64,000 nucleotides of DNA, from the NCBI GenBank assembly GCA_002269645.1, contig NIVC01003594.1, positions 1 through 64,000 of the forward strand. The letters run 5' to 3'. This DNA is from Macrostomum lignano (taxonomy: Eukaryota). The translations under genes and the position numbers were made by a program. Of the stretch, positions 59,263-64,000 are shown piece after piece (the first letter of the stretch is position 1; each line of letters starts with the position of its first letter). The notes under the pieces are model-generated. The model was not told where the DNA came from, ran no database searches, and saw only the letters and a program-made list of their open reading frames with translations.

Positions 59263-61370
59263 TGCGCTTTAAGATCAGCTTGCTTTCTGCTTCTAAAAAT
59301 GTTTTGTTGTTTCACTGTCTGCTATATTCACAGAATTTATAGAAGTAGACTGATGAAGAGAGGAAAAACTCGATCGATATGTGGTATGTGGGGCTTCTCT
59401 CTATTGGACGCAATCATTTCTAAGCAGAACATGGCTGTACAACTTGTTTGGTTATGTTTTTGATGGCGTCATCAGATTCCTGAAACAAATTCTACTTTGG
59501 ATCAGCTACTTAGAAATATAAATAAAAGTTATGGATTTTCATTCAAAGGCATAAAATGCATTATTATTCAGTCGTTTTATAACCTGTAGAAATCTTACAG
59601 ATTCAAGATACGCTCGTAGTTGCTATGTGCATTGTGCACTGCTTTACGCTCGTATCTAAGCTCTGTTCCTGTCTAAAGAAATGATAATAGTAGGTTCAGG
59701 CTGTCCTCTGCTTATAGCTTAGCTTATAGCATACCAAAAATCGATTGATTTTTACACAGCTATTTTTTGTCGTCATTTACTGGGACTGGTCATCACCGAG
59801 GTTTGCCGTCTTTTTCAGAGGTAGAACATATTGTAACAAACTGTGGTTCACAGATCCATACCAATTTGCTATTTGCCAGGTTTATTTTATCACATTGTAG
59901 TTGTCTAGTCTTTTCCAGTCTTTTCTGAAGCTCCGTAAAAGAGAACTTTTTATTAATCCAATAATTTATTCTTATATAATTACATTTTGTGTGAAAAATG
60001 TTACTATTTTTGGTACGGTGTGCTTTGTTTACCGGTAGAGCTTTGTGCAATAAATAAAAAAGTTTTTTTTTTCCTTTTTTCAGTAGAACTTTTTCCTACT
60101 TAACCACAATATATTTTTTACTATATCTGCCTCATTTAAAATTTGTTTTAATCAGATAATTAATACACTGGCTGAATTATACTATTGTACTTGTTATTGT
60201 AGTTTTTATGAGATTATTTATTGTTTTTTTTTTGTTACACCGCCGTATTTGTGTGATTAACTAGATTTCTTCAAAACAAACCACGAGTCATATTTAAGCT
60301 TTGTTATCCAGAAAATATTTGTTAAAGGTCTTTGTCTTTGCTATGCCAAGAAACTGGGCACTAGAAACTCTGGAAGTGAGCCGGCATGGTAAAGAGGATT
60401 CGGCAATGAGTTGTTGAATCTGAAACCAAGTCGCTATGAATTTTGGTTATTCTGACTTTTACGTCATGACACTGACTTGAAATGCATGTATAGGAGTAGC
60501 TACACACGAGGGTAGAATGCTATAAAATACTCGTGCTTGATAAACCAGGAACGTGTCTGAAAAATGGCCTTTTTCTTGACAGATAATATAATATACTCTT
60601 ATACTTTGTATATAATATTCAATAATAAACCTTTTTCAATCTGCTTTTTATCAGATTTTCGATGTTATTTGTCAATTTAACAGCCGTCAATATTTTATGT
60701 AGGCTCATAGTTTGAGTCAGCAAACAAGTTCAAGTATAGTATAACTTATTATAGTTTTAGCTTCAGTACACTACTTTTGCTTGCTGAAGTTTGCTTGAAT
60801 GTGTCCAGCTTCCACTGCACTCAACAGGCAGCTTGTCAATATTTTCTTGCCGATTACTAAGGGAATGTCTTGTGGCCACAGTTTTGTAGTTTATGAGGCT
60901 CATGGGAGCTAGTTATTGGGTGAAGTGCTATGCAGTATTTTTAGTGGTCTCTCTGTCACCTATTGGCGTTGCCATTTTTGACGAATCAAAATTGAATGCA
61001 AATTTCTGATAAATTGCGCATGCGCTACTTTATCGCCAGCAACAAAGCAACGGCTTTCAATGCTTCAGTAGGTAAGATTAGCAATCTGCGCCCCCTCCGT
61101 TTGTGATTGATATGGGCAGTAATGTCTCAACGGTTGTGTGAGTAGGCTACTTCATCCAGAATACGTAGCTTACTCACAGGTAATTGAAAAGATCCCAAAT
61201 CATATGGGATTTAGTATGCAGGAAGAATAGCATCTGTAGGGCGTAAATGAGTGCCTTTCATTAGCCATGAGGCTGTGTTTTGTGAAGTAGGACTTACAAA
61301 CCTGTGCTTTTTATTCACTCCAAATCGTACTATTTTTTGTTTAACTAATAAACCTTTCAGCAAACTGGCC

Positions 61371-63188
61371 ATGGCAACCTCGGAGAAGACGAACAACAAA
61401 GATGACTTACCGTCAGCTGAGCAGCTGCTGAACTGCTCCGTGTGTCACCGCATGGTCTCCGATCCCAGGCTGTTGCCATGCTCACACTCTGTGTGTCTCC
61501 GCTGTGTGGACTCAGTCAGAGATCCCACGGACAGGCGCACTGGAAGCTGCCCTGTCTGTCAGGCAAAACTTGAGCTGCCGCAGAACTCAAATCAGCTCCA
61601 TCGAGACGTCATGAAGTTACGATTAGCGGAAAGTGTCAAGGCCTCCGTAGTCAGTACGAAGCCATGCACTCATTCTGACTGCAAGAAAATGTCAAAAAGC
61701 GTGTCAGCCTTGTCGAGCCGAGCCATGTGCGAGCAGCATCTGCAGGCGGAGCTGGACCGGCTGGCTGCAGAGGCGGCCTCACTGAGAGAGCCGGTCGCGG
61801 CTGCACTGGCGCCAGCAAGCCGTCTCTCAGGAATTTGTGGTCGAGCGGCAGAGAAGAAGCAGAGTCTGGAGGCCACGCAGCGAGAGGTGGAGTCAAAGTT
61901 CAAGAGACTTCGAGAGCAGCTCGAGGACGCAGAGACGCTGGCGTTGAAGGCAGTTCGGATCGACATTGAGAGGAGCTCGAGCTGCAGTGAGAGTGCAGAG
62001 TCGATTCGAGCTCAGCTGGAGCAGTTTCAGAGTATGGGTGAGAGCTGGTCGGACTTGCAGACTGCAGGCAGTCAAGGTGCAGTGCAGCTGGTCGATGAGA
62101 CGAAGAGAGCACTGCGTCAGCTTGAGCACCTTGACGACTCGTTTGCGACAGTCTCTGATGTAGTGAAGTCAACAGTTCAGGCCAGTGTGGAGAGTTTGAA
62201 GGCCAGCAATGAAAAACTATGCAGTGAATTGGAGGTTCTTCTTGATCGGAAAGTTTCAGGTGGCTCGGTGTTATCGCTTAAAGATTCAAAGCCTGTTGGA
62301 TTTGAGTTCGCTCCTCTCTTTGTAGTCTGCTTGTCGGGTGTGAAGCTCATGTTGGACTCAAATTTGTATGTCTGTAAACTGAATGGCAGCCTTCCAACTG
62401 GCGCTACTACGCTACCAAAGTCGATCATGTTTGTCATCTTCAAACGGTCGAATTATTTCGATTCCAAGCAAGAATTTCAACTATTTTCGCTTCCTAATTG
62501 CATCCCAATTTTCGGAGCGCGATTTGCCTTGCAGTTTCCGAATTCGTATTACTCTCGTACTGAAACGATTGAAGCCATTTTTGGCGCTTCTTCTGGGTGT
62601 TTTGTTGTCGCTATTTATGGAAAACTCTTCACTGCAGATGCCAGTGGAAAATTGATAAAGTCCGTTGGCATAGAGGATAGCAAACTGTGGCACTTTTCTC
62701 CGGAATCAGACCAGCTTACGGTTTCTCACTCAAGCTGTGGTGTCCAGTATGTCTCTGTGTTCAACATCAATCTGGAAAAAATTCGAACCGTAGTGATTTC
62801 TGCTTCTTCCATCTCGTCAGTGTTCGCCGTTGGGCCGAAATTCATGTTGGTAGACTTTGGCGACGGCAAGGTGTCGAGAGTTGATGTAGACAGTCGCAGC
62901 ATCTCCGAGCTGGCTCAGCTCGACAGACTGGTTGGTCGACACCGTCGTACCACTGCAGAGCCTGGCGCCTTTGCGCTGTTCTTTGGCGCTGGCAATGCGG
63001 TATTTGTTGAAGGCAAGCATGCTGTGGCCGTGAACAAGAGCGGACAGGTGGTGCAAGCTCTGCAGCTGAAGAACAAGGTGTCGAGAACTGCAACTGTTGT
63101 TCGGATGGCGAACCAGTACTATCTGGTCATGCTCAGTGCATCCTGCAACTCCATGGAGCTTGTGTCAGTTGACCCGACTTGCTTTTGA
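61371..63188 (+). CDS. TRIM-like E3 ligase copy C, uninterrupted CDS: RING, degenerate B-box, coiled coil, divergent beta-propeller; 605 aa
   Basis: CSVC..CSHSVCLRC..CPVC RING; middle nearly identical to copies A and B. Acceptor tttcag lies 10 nt before the ATG, with a candidate 5'UTR donor CAG|gtaatt at 61180. Confidence 0.85.
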   Translation: MATSEKTNNKDDLPSAEQLLNCSVCHRMVSDPRLLPCSHSVCLRCVDSVRDPTDRRTGSCPVCQAKLELPQNSNQLHRDVMKLRLAESVKASVVSTKPCTHSDCKKMSKSVSALSSRAMCEQHLQAELDRLAAEAASLREPVAAALAPASRLSGICGRAAEKKQSLEATQREVESKFKRLREQLEDAETLALKAVRIDIERSSSCSESAESIRAQLEQFQSMGESWSDLQTAGSQGAVQLVDETKRALRQLEHLDDSFATVSDVVKSTVQASVESLKASNEKLCSELEVLLDRKVSGGSVLSLKDSKPVGFEFAPLFVVCLSGVKLMLDSNLYVCKLNGSLPTGATTLPKSIMFVIFKRSNYFDSKQEFQLFSLPNCIPIFGARFALQFPNSYYSRTETIEAIFGASSGCFVVAIYGKLFTADASGKLIKSVGIEDSKLWHFSPESDQLTVSHSSCGVQYVSVFNINLEKIRTVVISASSISSVFAVGPKFMLVDFGDGKVSRVDVDSRSISELAQLDRLVGRHRRTTAEPGAFALFFGAGNAVFVEGKHAVAVNKSGQVVQALQLKNKVSRTATVVRMANQYYLVMLSASCNSMELVSVDPTCF

Positions 63189-64000
63189 GGTCTTTATTTT
63201 ATTGTGTCGGAGACTTTTTGGATGCAAATGATCCTTATCTAGTTTAATGAAATTTCGCATCTTTGTTCGAATTCACGGTTTCACCTTTGATGACCTTTTC
63301 TTCTCAATGTTTACAGTTTTTTCAGCATTTTATTTAGTAGCTATCTGTAGTGGGATTTACGAAATTTTTGAGTAGCATTTGGAATATGCAATACTTCATT
63401 AAATATACTCGTAGCTAGAATACTCGTGTTGAATATCTAATGTTTATTTTATGCAGGTACAAAACTTGAGTCTTCAACGTACTCCTGAACCAAATAGCAA
63501 TTAGATTTCGTTAATTTTGTGTAACCACAGAAAACGTATGTACCAGTATGTATTTCATTGGATTATTAATATTTTTGAGCAACAGTATTTACTGTAGCAA
63601 TTATTAATGGTGGAGGTTTTTCAATTGCTGTATTTTTCTAAGAGCCAGCTCAAATGTATTTTTTCCGTTGCATTTGTTAATTACTATTTTCTATTTTCTA
63701 CAACCGAACCAAGCCTTTAAACTATGTGTAATGTTTCTCTTGAAGTGCATTTTGCTTTTCTAAGCTCGGTGATTTTCGCAGTGCATTATTGCCTAATAAT
63801 CTTGTTTACCAAATTTAACTGTTATGTACATTTAAAGTAGCAATAAACCGTTTCTACTCATTCAGTTTAATTTTGTTCTTTTATTGGTTATTTATTTCAG
63901 TATTTAAATTTGTCAAAAAGCGTTAATAACGTCATAAAATAGTTAAATGCATCATCATCCTTAGTGTAATATAAAGAACTATCACTTATGAAGATTTCAT

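Overview
Animal (eukaryotic) genomic DNA with GT-AG introns, GC-rich exons and introns filled with minisatellites. The style resembles the free-living flatworm Macrostomum; this is inference and I could not test it. All recognisable genes are on the + strand: MEF2 (3 coding exons, 3965-11268), a DUSP19-like phosphatase (17621-20233), mitochondrial ALDH2 (21944-26433), RINT1/TIP20 (7 exons, 30584-34840, no genomic ATG found at its start) and a tandem array of genes with uninterrupted CDS encoding RING/coiled-coil/beta-propeller (TRIM-NHL-like) proteins. The array holds two intact copies, one copy split by a TAG and one 3' relic (50703-63188). Between RINT1 and the array lies a transposon block: a non-autonomous Helitron family carrying minisatellites and a tRNA-like module, a Mutator-like MITE and a strongly CpG-depleted older substrate. 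Most long ORFs in the supplied track are repeat artefacts or antisense shadows. Top leads: (1) the TRIM array behaves as a modular cassette system, with a ~470-bp coiled-coil segment ~98-99% identical in all copies while the RING and propeller domains are divergent and give conflicting relationships; (2) RINT1 may take its initiator AUG from a trans-spliced leader; (3) the Helitron family seeds satellites and sits in a block with a CpG-decay footprint; (4) complementary GACA/TGTC satellites flank the MEF2 DNA-binding exon.
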